Of a stretch of 64,000 nucleotides of DNA, positions 23,647 to 35,914 are shown piece after piece. The number at the start of each line of letters is the position of its first letter. Position 1 is the first letter of the stretch. The notes under the pieces are model-generated. The model had not been told where the DNA came from and ran no database searches. It saw only the letters and a program-made list of their open reading frames with translations. The DNA is from Selaginella moellendorffii (taxonomy: Eukaryota; Plantae; Lycopodiophyta): positions 208,892-272,891 of the forward strand of contig NW_003314389.1 of assembly GCF_000143415.4 (NCBI RefSeq), given 5' to 3'. The position numbers were made by a program, and so were the translations under genes.

Positions 23647-24801
23647 TGTCGCAAATGTGACTTCGGGTATCGAAAGTTACCTGTCAACCGGTCCTTACAG
23701 ACACTCTTTCCTTACTACCATGATGGCAAGAGGTCGGTATCGCTGGTTCCCTTTATCAGCCCCTCTTGTTCAAGTGTTAGTTTACTGGGCTTAGCACTTG
23801 TACTTAGCCAGATGGACATAAGGTAGGAACTCCTATGTGTTTCTAGCTGAGCATACTCGGTCTGGCTCTTAGTTCTCTTTTGCTCTGTCTTGCACTAGCT
23901 TGACAAAAACCCTCGCATATTGAGATTAGTCCCTCAATATCGCTGGATGATAGCTTACCATGTTTGCCAAACACCCTCGCTATCATGCCCTTTGTGTTAG
24001 TCTCATTTCGGTCCCAAATGCTATTTATGGAAAGTGTCTAGATTTACTCATTTGGCATATCTACGGAATGTAAAGATTGGCCTGAACACAATGGTGTTTG
24101 TCCCATGTCCAAATTCACATTCTAGCACCATTCCATATTTAGTAAGTTTCGAGCTTGTCCCAGAGACTAACTCTTGACACTAAGGGAGGCTTGGGGTGAA
24201 AGCCCAAAGCGTGTGTTCCTCAAGGGGGGGGGGGGGGGGGGGGGGCTGTGGGGGGTTCCAAATGTATAGTAGGGATAGTGGGTAGGCTGGGCATGGCAGA
24301 CTAATCTGAGGCATAGTCTAGCTCCCGCTTGTGTGCCTGTCCTTGTTCTACGTCCGGCTTGGGTTTAAGCCCAAGTTCCATTCCATGCTAGCTAGTGGAG
24401 TACCCACGTCCTCACGTTAGGCCACCGGTATGCCGAAATAGCGCTAAACTCCATTTAGCTCTGTTTTGCGTGCTGGTCCTGGCATTAGGATGCAGATTGC
24501 TCTAGGACTGTTCCAAGTCGCTCCGGGCTCCTATCCCTTCGCTCCTTAGGCTGTATGCTCGGGAGTTGCTCTATGGTTCGGTTTCGTCACTCCTTGGCTC
24601 CAAGCTTGGGAGTTTGGCACCGTTTCTTCGTTCAGTGGCCCAAGGCCTTGAAACTTGGGTTCTGCACCACTGTCCTTTGGACACATGGCATGTGACATGT
24701 GGCATCTGATACATGGCACAAAGAGGGTTTAGGTACCACTTTGTGGTGTTATCCTATGGTAAATCACCATAGGATAAAGGGTAAAAGCCACGTGCACTAC
24801 A
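23647..24801. mobile_element. Solo LTR, family G
   Basis: TG..CA ends, TSD CTTGG/CTTGC; inverted homologue at 43289-44984. Confidence 0.75.
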
Positions 24802-26791
24802 CTTGCTCACCCACTATCACCAAAAGAACGTGTTGCTCCGATACCAATGAAACGAACAAGAGAGCAAACCCTAGGCCAACCTCCCAACCCTTAAAGTGTT
24901 ATGGCCTTAAATCCCACAGGCCATAGAATATTCTCAAAATATTCCTATGGTTCGTGTCACCAAGACCCTTAACCGATTGGAAAAGGGGTGCACTCTTGTT
25001 CATGGGCTCTTTCCCTCTATATTTAAACCCTTATGGATCACCTCTCGAGTTGTTCTCTTTGGTTGTTACACCGTTCTACCAAATCATTTGATTGTGGATG
25101 ATAAGCTCTTGTGAAAGTGTGGCGTATCACCACCAAGACGTCAAAACATGAAATGATTCAGCCATAAATGCGGGACTATTATCTGAAAGAATCCACTTTG
25201 GACAAGAATACTAGAACACCACTCGATTGAGGAGGAAGTATCTAACAGTAATTGCAGAGGCATTCGCAAAAGCATTAGTTTCCACTCAATGAGTCAAGTA
25301 GTCAGAAGCAATAATAACATACTCATTGCCAGCAGTCACCCGTGGAAAAGGTCCCATAAGATCAAACGCTATCAACTCAAACGAACAAATTACAATTGAC
25401 TCTAATCGTCCTTCAGCAGCACGAGGGGGAGTATTACAAGCTTGGCACCAAACGCAGCTACGCACACATCAGATAATATCACGTCGCATCTCCGGCCAAT
25501 AGAAAGACTTGCGCAACTTCTTGGTTACATGACGATGTCTTATATGCCCACATAGAATAGGAGAATCATGGTAGGCATGGAAAAACCGTGGAATAAAGAC
25601 AGAAGGCACCACCAGCCGTAAATGATCATTAGGATCCGTCCCCACAAAATAAAGAAGGTTGTCTTTAAAGCAATATTGAGAATGTATATGCCGGAAAGGC
25701 AAGTCATCAGCAAGTGATGCAAGATTCTCAAACCCATTTTGAAGCATTTGAATCCACGGCTCAATCTTTTGAGACTCGCGAACCTCATTAAGAGAAGGTA
25801 GATTTTGCTCTACACCTTGTCGACACTGAACGTCAAGTACAGCCAATGCCGATGGTAGAGAATCCTTATCTAGAAAATCCACAGATGCTGGAATAATAGG
25901 TTCGTCAAAAACATGAGAAGAGAGTGGAGATGGAAGAGGAGCTCGAGAAAAGACATTAGCATTAGCCATAGAACTCCTTGGGCAATAAACGACATCAAAA
26001 TCATATATCTCAAGCTTCAAAGCCCACCAAGTAGTATGACCAACCAGGTTTTTCCGCTTTAATAATGAAGTAATAGCAACATGATCACCTTCAAGAAACA
26101 TCCGAGAACCGTAGATATGCATGAAGTTTCTCAAAACCCCAGACTGCTGCTAAACACTCCTTCTCTATCGTGGAGTAGTTCATCTCTACTAGTTGTAATG
26201 TACGGCTTATATACACAATAGGATGGCACTGATCAGGCACACTCGAGCTCTCTTGCATCAACACACCTCCAAGACCAATGTTAGAAACATCCACATGCAA
26301 AATAAAAGGTCAAGTGTAGTCAGGATATGTCAAAACCAAAGGAGTCATCAATAGCTTTTTGAGATCCACGAATGCCCACTCATAATCCAGAGACCAAATG
26401 AAAGATGACATTGATGACTTCAGCAATGCTCACAATGGTGTAGTGTGATCAGAAAGATGATCCACAAAACAACCGAGATACTACACCTTGCCCAAGAAGC
26501 GTTGCACATCATTCACACACTTCGGAGTAGGGAACTTTAGAATAGTCACAAGTTTGTTAGGATCAACTTGCAAACCCTCACAAGAAATACAGTACCCAAG
26601 ATAAGTTGTGTCCTTGGACCCAAACACGCACTTTGACCGCTTCAACATTAAATCAATGTCGCATAGCCGATCCAACACTTTACAAACATCACAAACATGC
26701 TCCTCCCATGTCCCCTTCAAGTGGATTAAGACCTCATCAATGAAGTCAGTAGTCACCTCCAGCATATCACAAAGAACCTCGTCCATCATCC

Positions 26792-29700
26792 TGTGAGACA
26801 CAAATCCCTAAGCCCCAAAGTGCAGCTGAAAGGGTGCCACGTGGTAGTGGCTGAACCAAAAGCCAAACGAGCGTAACACGTTTGGACTAAAAGGCTCTGA
26901 CTTGAAAGGTCGAGAGTTTGAGTGGAACTCCCAACGGAGTGCTCAAGGAACGAGCATAAAGCGAGCAATAAGCGAGGCTCCAAAAATGGACCCAAAAGAA
27001 CCAACACATGACACGTGGAAGTGTTCGAGATGGAGTCCGAGATGGACCCGAGTTGGAGTCTGAGATGGAGTCCGAGGTGGACCCGAAATGGAGTCTGAGA
27101 TGGACCCGAGTTGGAGTCCGAAGTGGAGTCCGAGATGGAGTTCGAGGTGGACCCGAGATGAAGTCCGAGACGGAGTCTGAGATGGACCCAAGTTGGAGTC
27201 CGAGGTGGAGTCTGAGATGGAGTCCGAGATGGACCGAGATGGAGTCCGAGAAAGACTCGAGATGGAGTCTGAGATGGACCCAAGATGGAGTTCGAGATGG
27301 AGTCCGAGATGGACTGAGACAGAGTCCGAGATGGAGTCCAAGATGGACCTGAGATGGAATCCGAGATGGAGTCCGAGAAGGACCCGAGATGGAGTCCGAG
27401 GTCGAGACTGAGACCAGGACTGAGACCGAGACCGGGACCGAGACCGAGACCGAGACTGGGATCGAGACCGAGACCGAGACTGGGATCGAGACCGAGACCG
27501 AGGCTGAGGCTAAGACCCAGCCCGACCCAGCACAATTTGGTATCGGAGCTGTTCCTTAGTCCAACTTTTATTGGTGCTGAAGTATATCACCACTAGGTTG
27601 GCATCGGAGGGTCCTAGGATGGGCTTGCTTTTGAGGAGTAGCAAGTCGGGAAGACATGGCTCTCCACTACAGCTCACGTGTGAACTTGTAAGCAAGGTGG
27701 TGGATAGAAAAAGGCCAATGATGGAACGACTTTTGGATCTTGGGAACAGTGTAAGGCTTTCCTCATTGAGTGAGGATGTGATTCAGATGAGCGTTTGATA
27801 CAGCAAACGGGCTAACATAGTTGTGGTAAACAACTATAGTTGGGATCACGGGAAAGATGCAGACTCCAAAACAATAAAGGAGTCAGAAGATTACCCTCAT
27901 ATAGTTGATGTTCCCAGAAGAAGGAAACTTTGGCCCAGAGTTGGGTGCAAACACTATGGTGTGGTGCTAACGGATAGTTAGCATGAGGAACAACCATATT
28001 AATCTTGGCAAAGACCTAAACACTAATGAGTAGTGTTATAAGGATAGGCTCGTGGGGCCAATGGTGTGGAGACACCAAATGTGCCAAGGTGTAATACCTT
28101 GAGGTTATGTTGGTGGGTTCATAAGAACCCCTTGCCAAAGGGAATCCTAACGGAAATGGGAATGGCATAACCTAAGCTGGAAGGCATGTGGTAGAGTGTG
28201 GTGACTAAAACAATTATGAAGGTGTGGAAGCATTAGCAATGAGTTATAGGACTTGACAACTATGAAGCAACTAAGCAAAAGGTGCAAGATAATTTGTTAA
28301 ACTAGTAGAAAGTAACTACCCAAGACTTCTTAATGGCATAAGGAAGTTAGATATACCCTTATAGGGGATAAATTGTTTATGTTGCGATATAGTAAGTCAA
28401 TGTTGAAAAGAGGAATGCCCATTGTCAAAAAGGCCATCATTAGGAGACCCAAACACTCTAGAACACCCAAAGGTGGTGTTTGATGTCGCGAGGGCAATAG
28501 GTAAGGCCCAAGGGACTAAGTCCCTAGTGAATGATGGATAGAAGGTGCTATCTAAATGTCCAAGGTTGCAAAGACGGAAGAAGTCCGTCTATCCGAATCG
28601 GATAAAGCCAAAAATGGAATTTTGGCAAGGCTAGTGATGGGCATATAAAGGCCCATATATATTAACGTTAATCTTGGTATGTAGTATTATAAGGTGAGCA
28701 TACCGAGATTGAGGAACCACTCCCTAGGCTGTCAAGTAGGTTCATCCCCAACAATACTTACTAAGGCATGGTAAAAAGTGCAAAGCTATCCTCCTAGTTT
28801 CGAGGTGAATAACCGAAGGGAATGTGTGAAGCCAAAAGCAAGTAGTAAGGGGATAGAACCAAACCATAGGAATCAAAGAGCATAACCAAGGGTGGTTATG
28901 TCAGTTGGGAGTGGAGAATCAAGTGGGTGCTTGAGTATGTTGTTACTAGCAATCGTGGTGCCATGAAGAGTCTAAAGCATGAAATTGTCCATGCTAGACT
29001 ATATGGCAATTGGAAAGCTTGCGAAAGGAGAGGCATTAGCAAGCTAAAGGGCAGAGTTCCTTCAAGTTCCCAAAGACGATTCTAGGTAGCTTAGTACCTA
29101 GAAAGGCCAAGTGTAAATGGTTCCTAGAGTGCACAAAATCAGAGTGGCGCAGCAGAAGCGTGGTCTTGAAGCTGGCCATGAGGCAAGGCTATCAAGGTTG
29201 GGGAAGTAGTTCCCGAGTGTTCAAAGAGAGGGCTTTGAAAGAAAGTCGATGGTTAAGGACTTTCATGCTTATGCATGAACCATGTTACGGTGGCCGGATA
29301 AATTGCTAAGTGAGATTGGCAAGTCAGGGGGACAAATCCCCTAGTTGAAGGTGCTAACTTCAAAAAGGGTGGGCCATGGGGCCGAGCATGGAGGAGTTCA
29401 TGCATGATCACAGACTTGTCAAGTGAGAGGACTTAGCAGTGCGAGGGAACTAGGTTCCTAAGCTGTGATCTATAGTGCGCTTTAAGTATAAATTGGCACA
29501 CCGGCGTGGGGAGTCACACCAGGCATCTAGGGTGATGCCGTCCGTAGATGCATATACGAAGGTTGGGTTCGAGTCCCAACCCTCTAGTGCTTGGGTTCGA
29601 GTCCCAAATCACTAAGGAGTGGTGATGGTTTGGAATATGAGGACACTCATATTTCGATGGTCATGGACTCTCAGTGAGGAGACTGGTTTGGGCACACTGC

Positions 29701-31436
29701 CAAGCGAGGGATGCGTCGGAGTCGTGATGCACGGTTAGATTGCTTAGAGTGAAAGCTCAGCATATCTAACTTGAACACTTTGGTGCAAAGGGCACCAAGG
29801 ACGTGGTGAATGAGATGGGGACACCCAGTCTCAGTTGCTATGGATCCTTGGCCAGAAGGGCTAGCTTGGGTGCATTGCCAAGTGTGGGGGATGCCCCCGG
29901 GGTCATAGTCAACAATTTAAAAGGGTCTGGAAGACCTAGTTCCTATTGGTAGACCTGTTAAAGGGTTAAGATGAGATCACGAGGTGATCTTGTGGCTAAA
30001 CAAATACAAAGTCTTTGTTTGGGTTAAGGAATATGATTCCCAGTTCAAAGTGTTGATTTGAACTATTGATAATGGTCTGGCTTGGTCGAGGTGACCAAGT
30101 GGGAAGGACACATAAAGGGAAATCAGTTGTGCCAATACAATGGTATAGTAAGTCCAAGAAAGTAGTCTCGGGGAGAGACCCATGGGAGGGTCGCAAAGTA
30201 GGGCTGTGGACGAAGCCCGCAACAGAAATTGCTAAAGAGACCTACTAAGGGTGAGCATCCGTTGGACTTAGCAAAGTAGAGCCAGTGCTATGGAACCAAA
30301 AAGATACCTCAAGAATAGAGGTAGTGATCCTACGTTGCTCAGTGCAACGATCAATAGATAAAAGCAAAAGACTAGTGGCCAAGTGTGGGCCATAAAGTTC
30401 ATTGGAAGGAATCCAAATAGCAAAGTTAGGCATGGAACACTAATGTGTTGGATGCTAACGGATTGTGAGAAAGGAAGTGTGCTTCAAAGGATGGATTCCC
30501 AAATGCTCCAAGTTGGCAAAGGTGAAAGCTTCAAGGAAGGGAGCGGCGAAGTAACCAAAGGATAGGGCTGTGGATAGCTCTAGCACAACTTACGATGGCT
30601 GAAACTTGGTGCCAAAAGTGGCATAAAATAGAAAGGACAATGGCACCCTCAAGTGGGGAGCTTCCTCTTCGAGAAGTCAAAATTAAAAGTTCCAAGGTGA
30701 ATTGGTTATGTCAATAGAAGTTGGGACTACTCGAGAATGAGTAGTGGAGTTGAGTTAGAGAAGGTGTCTCTAACTGGTTTAGCGAGAATTGAACCAATAA
30801 AAGGGAGCAAACCATGCCAAGTGGCCGAATGAGTCTCTATGTTGGAGAGACTATGTCCCTTAGAGGATGGACAAGGCATGGTGAGCCTTCGGGGTCAAAC
30901 CATAGACAAATATTGGCTGGGTGCCAAGGATGGAAATGGTAATACTTGCGAGTGTTACTTTATAAAAGGGTTTACCGTTCGATGAGCACATCGAACTTCA
31001 TCTATGGGTGGTGGAGTTGTGAGACACAAATCCCTAAGCCCCAAAGTGGAGCCGAAAGGGTGTCACGTGGTAGTGGCTGAAGCAAAAGCCAAACGAGCGT
31101 AACATGTTTGGACTAAAAGGCTCAGACTTGAAAGGTCGAGAGCGGGAGTGGAACTCCCAACGGAGTTCTCAAGGAACGAGCATGAAGCAAGCAATAAGTG
31201 AGGCTCCAAAAAGGGACCCAAAAGGATCAACACATGACACGTGGGTGTCAGTTTTAAGACTGGACACGTGGAGCACTTGGACCAAGTGCAAGGGCTGAGT
31301 GGCATGGATGCCATTCTCGGGACTAGCAAGTCCCAAGTCCTGAATTGGACTTAAGGAGGTTGTGAATGAGACTCCTCCAAGTGGTCAGAGGTGTGGTTAA
31401 GTGACTAAAGTAGAATGGAAAATTTAGTCGCTCACA
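26792..31436 (+). mobile_element. Non-autonomous LARD-like element F1 inserted in the RT of element A
   Basis: LTR remnants 26792-27534 and 31018-31436, PBS TGGTATCGGAGC after 27534, PPT ATGGGTGGTGGAGT, TSD CATCC/CATCT; no intact ORF. Confidence 0.85.
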
Positions 31437-34400
31437 CATCTGTTGGAAAGTGGCTAGAGCATTGTTCAAACTAAACGGCATCACTAAGAACTTGTTCAAA
31501 CCAAATGGTGTACAAAATGCAGTTTTAGGAATATCTTCTTTGGCCATCGGTACTTGCTAGTACCAAAAAACAAGATCGAGCTTGGTGAACTAACGACTTT
31601 GCCCTAGATGATCCAAGAGATCAGCAGTGTGAGGAAGAGGATACACATTTGGGATCGTCACTTCGTTTAACGGACGATAGTTAATGCAGAAATGAATACT
31701 TCTATCTGGCTTCGTCACAAGATGAGGCTCATGTGCCCAAGGATTTCACAACTTCTGAATAACACCCTTCTCCAACATCTTCTTGACGTTTGCATGTAAA
31801 ATCTTGATCTCCTTGGGTGACCGACAACGAATAGGAACCTTGATTGGACGAGCATCCCCGGTTGGAATCAGATGACGTGTGGCAATCTTGGCCCCAAACA
31901 ATAGGTCAAATTCAAAGAGATCAAAATACTCCTTCATGAGCCTGTCAACCGCTACAACACAAAGAGTGTTGGAGGGATCAGAAAAGGGAAGAGTAGAACA
32001 AGACGGAAATATAGGAGGAAATAGTGGGGAAACAAAAGTAATAGAAGCAGAGGTAGAAGTAAAGGGACGAAGAGGTACGAAAGTGAGAAGAATGAATAAA
32101 ACATAAGGAAGTATGAGACAAGGGGGAGAAACCTCAAAGTCACATTTAGCATGATGCGTTGCAACCAATCTATACCAAGAATGAAGTCAAAATTTTGACT
32201 CGGCACCAACTACAATGACTGCAACTCAAGCTTGAGATCACCCACACGCACAACCAGGTCTACCTCATCCTGTGCACATGCATGTGTACGGCCATTGCCA
32301 TAAAGAATGAAAACTGGTTTCACCACATGACACAAGTGTAGACGGCAACGTGTAGCAACAGGTCGAGCAATAGAAGATAAACTCAAACTTATATCAACCA
32401 ACACAGAGAGAATAATAGGAGACCTCTTGTTATAAAAACGAGCTTGGAAAGTAAACATTGGATGAACCGGTGCCGAGTGAACCCTTTGATGATACTCTCG
32501 AAAGAAAGATGGAGGGGTCACTAACTTATTTGCGCAAGGTCCCTCTGTTACTTGTGCGACTTGTCATTTCCTGGATGCATCTCAGTGTCCAAACCTTCCA
32601 CCACAGCAACACCAATGGGATGTTGTTGACACTAGGGTCTCCACCTAGGAAATGGAGGTTGTCAATCCGGAAAACGCCGACAACGCCAATAAGTATGACC
32701 AACTTCATCACACGCCTAGCAACGAATATCACGGCCATGACCACGTCCTCGCCCTTGTCCTTGGACTCGAGCAGCAGCAACATCAACCTCTATTAGAACA
32801 GGACCATCACCCATAGGAAGTGGAGTTAAAGGACATGTAGCGAGAAGTGGAAGAGGCGACATCTCATAATGTTGTGCCAAGTGAAGAGCATTGTCAAGGG
32901 TGGCAGGAGCAAGTGCATGCACAAGTCCGACAAGATCTTGACAAAGTGCTGACCACAACATTCCTAGCTTGATCCACTCCGATATATTTGGCTCCACACG
33001 AAGTAAAAGACTTCAAAAACGAACGCCAAATTGCATCACTAACTCAGATGGCCCTTGGCGAAGACGATGTAATTGTTGGAAGGCATCATCACAGTCGTTG
33101 GGATGTCCGAAGGCGCATTTGAAGATGTTCGGGAGAACACTCCAATCCCCACGAGTGGCTGCACTCAAACCATTGTACCACTGCAATGACATCCCTTGGA
33201 GACATGTGGGAAACTCATGCAAACGTTAAGCATCATCCCAAGAATGATATATGAGAATCACCGTGAAATGATCGAACTAATGGTACACATCATCCCTAGG
33301 ATTCCCGCGAAAGAACTCTGGCCGAACGCGAGGATTGGCACCAAGAGCAGAAGGAGTGGTACCACGTGCCATGAATGCTGCCATCAACTGAGTTTGGTTG
33401 TTCAATTGCAAGCACATAACATCAAGTAATTGTACCAACTGCTGCTCTAGAGTCAAAGGAGGAGATTATAGATCTGCCATGAAGAGGAACGAAAAAAAAA
33501 TAGCAAAAGAAAAGAAATGACAAAAGGCTAGAAGGAAATGGTAGATCTAGACAATATAAAAAGCTAGATCTAAACCAAAATCCTGAAAGGAAAGAACAAA
33601 AGAAAGGAAATGGAAAATGTTAGATTTAGACGATGCAAAAGCTAAATCTAAATCAAAATCCCAAATCCAAGCACTCCTCAGGGACAATCAAAGTTGCCAC
33701 TCACCTCCACTAATGTGAGTGCTTGAAATATGGAAAAGGAATATAGAAAATGTGCATATCAATTAGTCTAAAAACCCTAGCTTATATATAGGAGTGAGTG
33801 GTCCAAATTAAAACCAATCTAATGGCTACAAAAATTTGTTATAAAACAGCTGTTATCCGGCTACAAAACAAATATATTTTTAAAATTTTTATATTTGATT
33901 TTTTATAAAATAAAAATATTAATACACCTGTAAAACCTTTCTAACCAGAATATAAGCTACCAATAGATCAAGAGTATGTAACAGATTTTCTAACTTATAA
34001 TATATAGGATAACTACTATGAAAATTAAATCACAAAGAGACAAAAATCTTGAGAAAGAAAAATTTAGAATAAAAAGAAGGAAATTTTATTGAAATAAAAA
34101 TTAAAAATATTTGTTTATATAAACTTCTCATCAAAAGTGAGTTAGGTTAAAAAGTAGTAGAACAACTCCAAAAATAAATATCTAGATTGTAAGCAAAAAA
34201 GTTGACAATTATAAACTACAGTTCAACATGATTATAATTAGGTAATATCATACTAGAAGTTATGATTTCAAAATCTTTAAGAAATTTTGAAACTTATAAA
34301 AAGATTCTGCAAGATTGTCTCTTGCCAATTGATATTAAATCATACATAACTAAAAATCTAGAAATAATTAATTTAAATTTAAAATTACTATTAAATTAAT

Positions 34401-35914
34401 AAAAAATACATACTATTCAGCATTTATCTAAACAAACTTAAATAATTAGAAATATCAATAATTTTATTAAAAACTTAGATCTAGCACATTACTATTTACA
34501 TAATAAAATTATTATATTTTTGTCATGGTACTATATCTAATATAATATGATAACATCATCAAAATATAATAAAAGGTAAAGTTATGTTATTTTTATTTTA
34601 TTTTAAGAAAATGTATATTTTTGTATTAAGATTATCATTTGTGAATAAAGTGTTGTTATTGATTTTTATCCTCTCCAATTCTTCATTCTCTAAATTAGAT
34701 TGTTGATACTTTAATTATAAAGAACATATAAATAAAAAATATACTTAGATCTGACATATTACAATATACAACAATACTATAATGATATTTATATTCTTTA
34801 AAGTATAGTATAATATAATTATCAACATATAATATAGACTATAAAAATTATTTCTTAAAGGAATTTTTTAAGAAAGGCCCATTTGATAATAAGATTGAAA
34901 TGGTGACCTTTGTGGCACGAACTTATGTTTCTATGCTCCCTGCCACCACAAGCCATTCTAAGGAAGCTCTAGTATCAGGCAATGCAACTGATGTTAGATC
35001 TCTTCCTCTTGCAAGGATATGTGTCTGTCTAGGTATATGCAAAGGCGATAAATCCAGTTCTATTTTTCTTCCACATTTTGTCTTGGATGATTCATTTATC
35101 TAATTTCATTGTTTGAGAGTGAAGTGGCAAGAGATTGACATCTTTATGAAATCTCTGCTTGTGTCATTCCAACATTGTAAGCATTGTTTTGTAGTCAATC
35201 AAAGCCATAAAGGCTAAAATAGGCAGTACAATGTACTCCTATTTAACTATTTATTAGAACAAGAAAATATCATACTACACCTTACAGTTTCTCATTCCCT
35301 AGACATTCCTCAGACGCTGCTTGTAGAATTCCAGAAGCTGTAACTTGACTACCATAAAACATGAAAGAAGCAGCGAAAGAGTACCATTCATATTTAAAGG
35401 TTTTTTTTTGTCATTGAAAGATATCCAGAGGAGGTTAACACTTCAGAGCCTCACAAGCACCTCATAAATTTCCCTTAAAGAGATGATGTGCAGTTCTAAA
35501 GAATACTTGCCAATTTGAATCTGTCTTCAACATGTCTTCATTAGGTCCATTGGAGCAAAGGGTAAACAATGCAGAGTTTTCATAATAGTGTTTCCTTCCA
35601 AAATACAGAAGCCACAGGGATGAATTAGAATAGTGTAGGCATGAGAATACATAGGGTATCATCTTGTATGAGGGACAATTCAGTAGAATAATTTTTTCTT
35701 TTTTAATTACAGAATAGCCTGGATGTGGCCTAAAGAAGAAAGATTGTATGAAGGAAAGTTTGTATGAAATTGTAAATGTTTATCTTCACTTTCTCGAGCA
35801 CATCAGGATTTTGCTTTAGGAAACCATCAGCCATTGAGTTGTGACCAGCATTTATGTACATGTTGAGCATGTCTATGATTTCAGCGCTTCCAGAGCCTCT
35901 CCTTTGTCATCCAG

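Larger units (their letters stand above)
12874..24959 (-). mobile_element. Chromodomain Gypsy element C with about 110-bp LTRs; protease and RT missing
   Basis: LTRs 12874-12981 and 24848-24959, TSD CCAAG, PBS TGGTATCGGAGC at 24835-24846 (minus), PPT after 12981. Integrase HPQSDGQT in ORF 13793-14353, chromodomain remnant 13228-13412, gag 15368-15724. A CFRCHKVGH knuckle lies within about 100 bp of the RNase H end (IQYKHGGDNKVADALS). Confidence 0.9.
12855..25070 (-). mobile_element. Truncated Cassandra-like LTR split by element C (pieces 12855-12873 and 24960-25070)
   Basis: The two pieces join to give ccccaaatatcccaagacccttaaccgattgg...ggttgttaca, matching the non-5S half of LTR 13413-13606. 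Confidence 0.75.
12058..33835 (-). mobile_element. Gypsy LTR retrotransposon family A (degenerate, no chromodomain seen), host of nested insertions
   Basis: 3' LTR 12058-12233 (TG..CA) with PPT 12234-12250; truncated 5' LTR from 33714. Integrase 12300-12850 and 25071-25700, RNase H 25900-26340, RT 26480-26790 and 31437-31900, protease/gag with CCHC remnant 32200-33400. Confidence 0.85.

Noticed and set aside
27025-27510. CRISPR-like regular repeats
   Set aside because: Tandem units with no unique spacers, in a eukaryotic LTR context.
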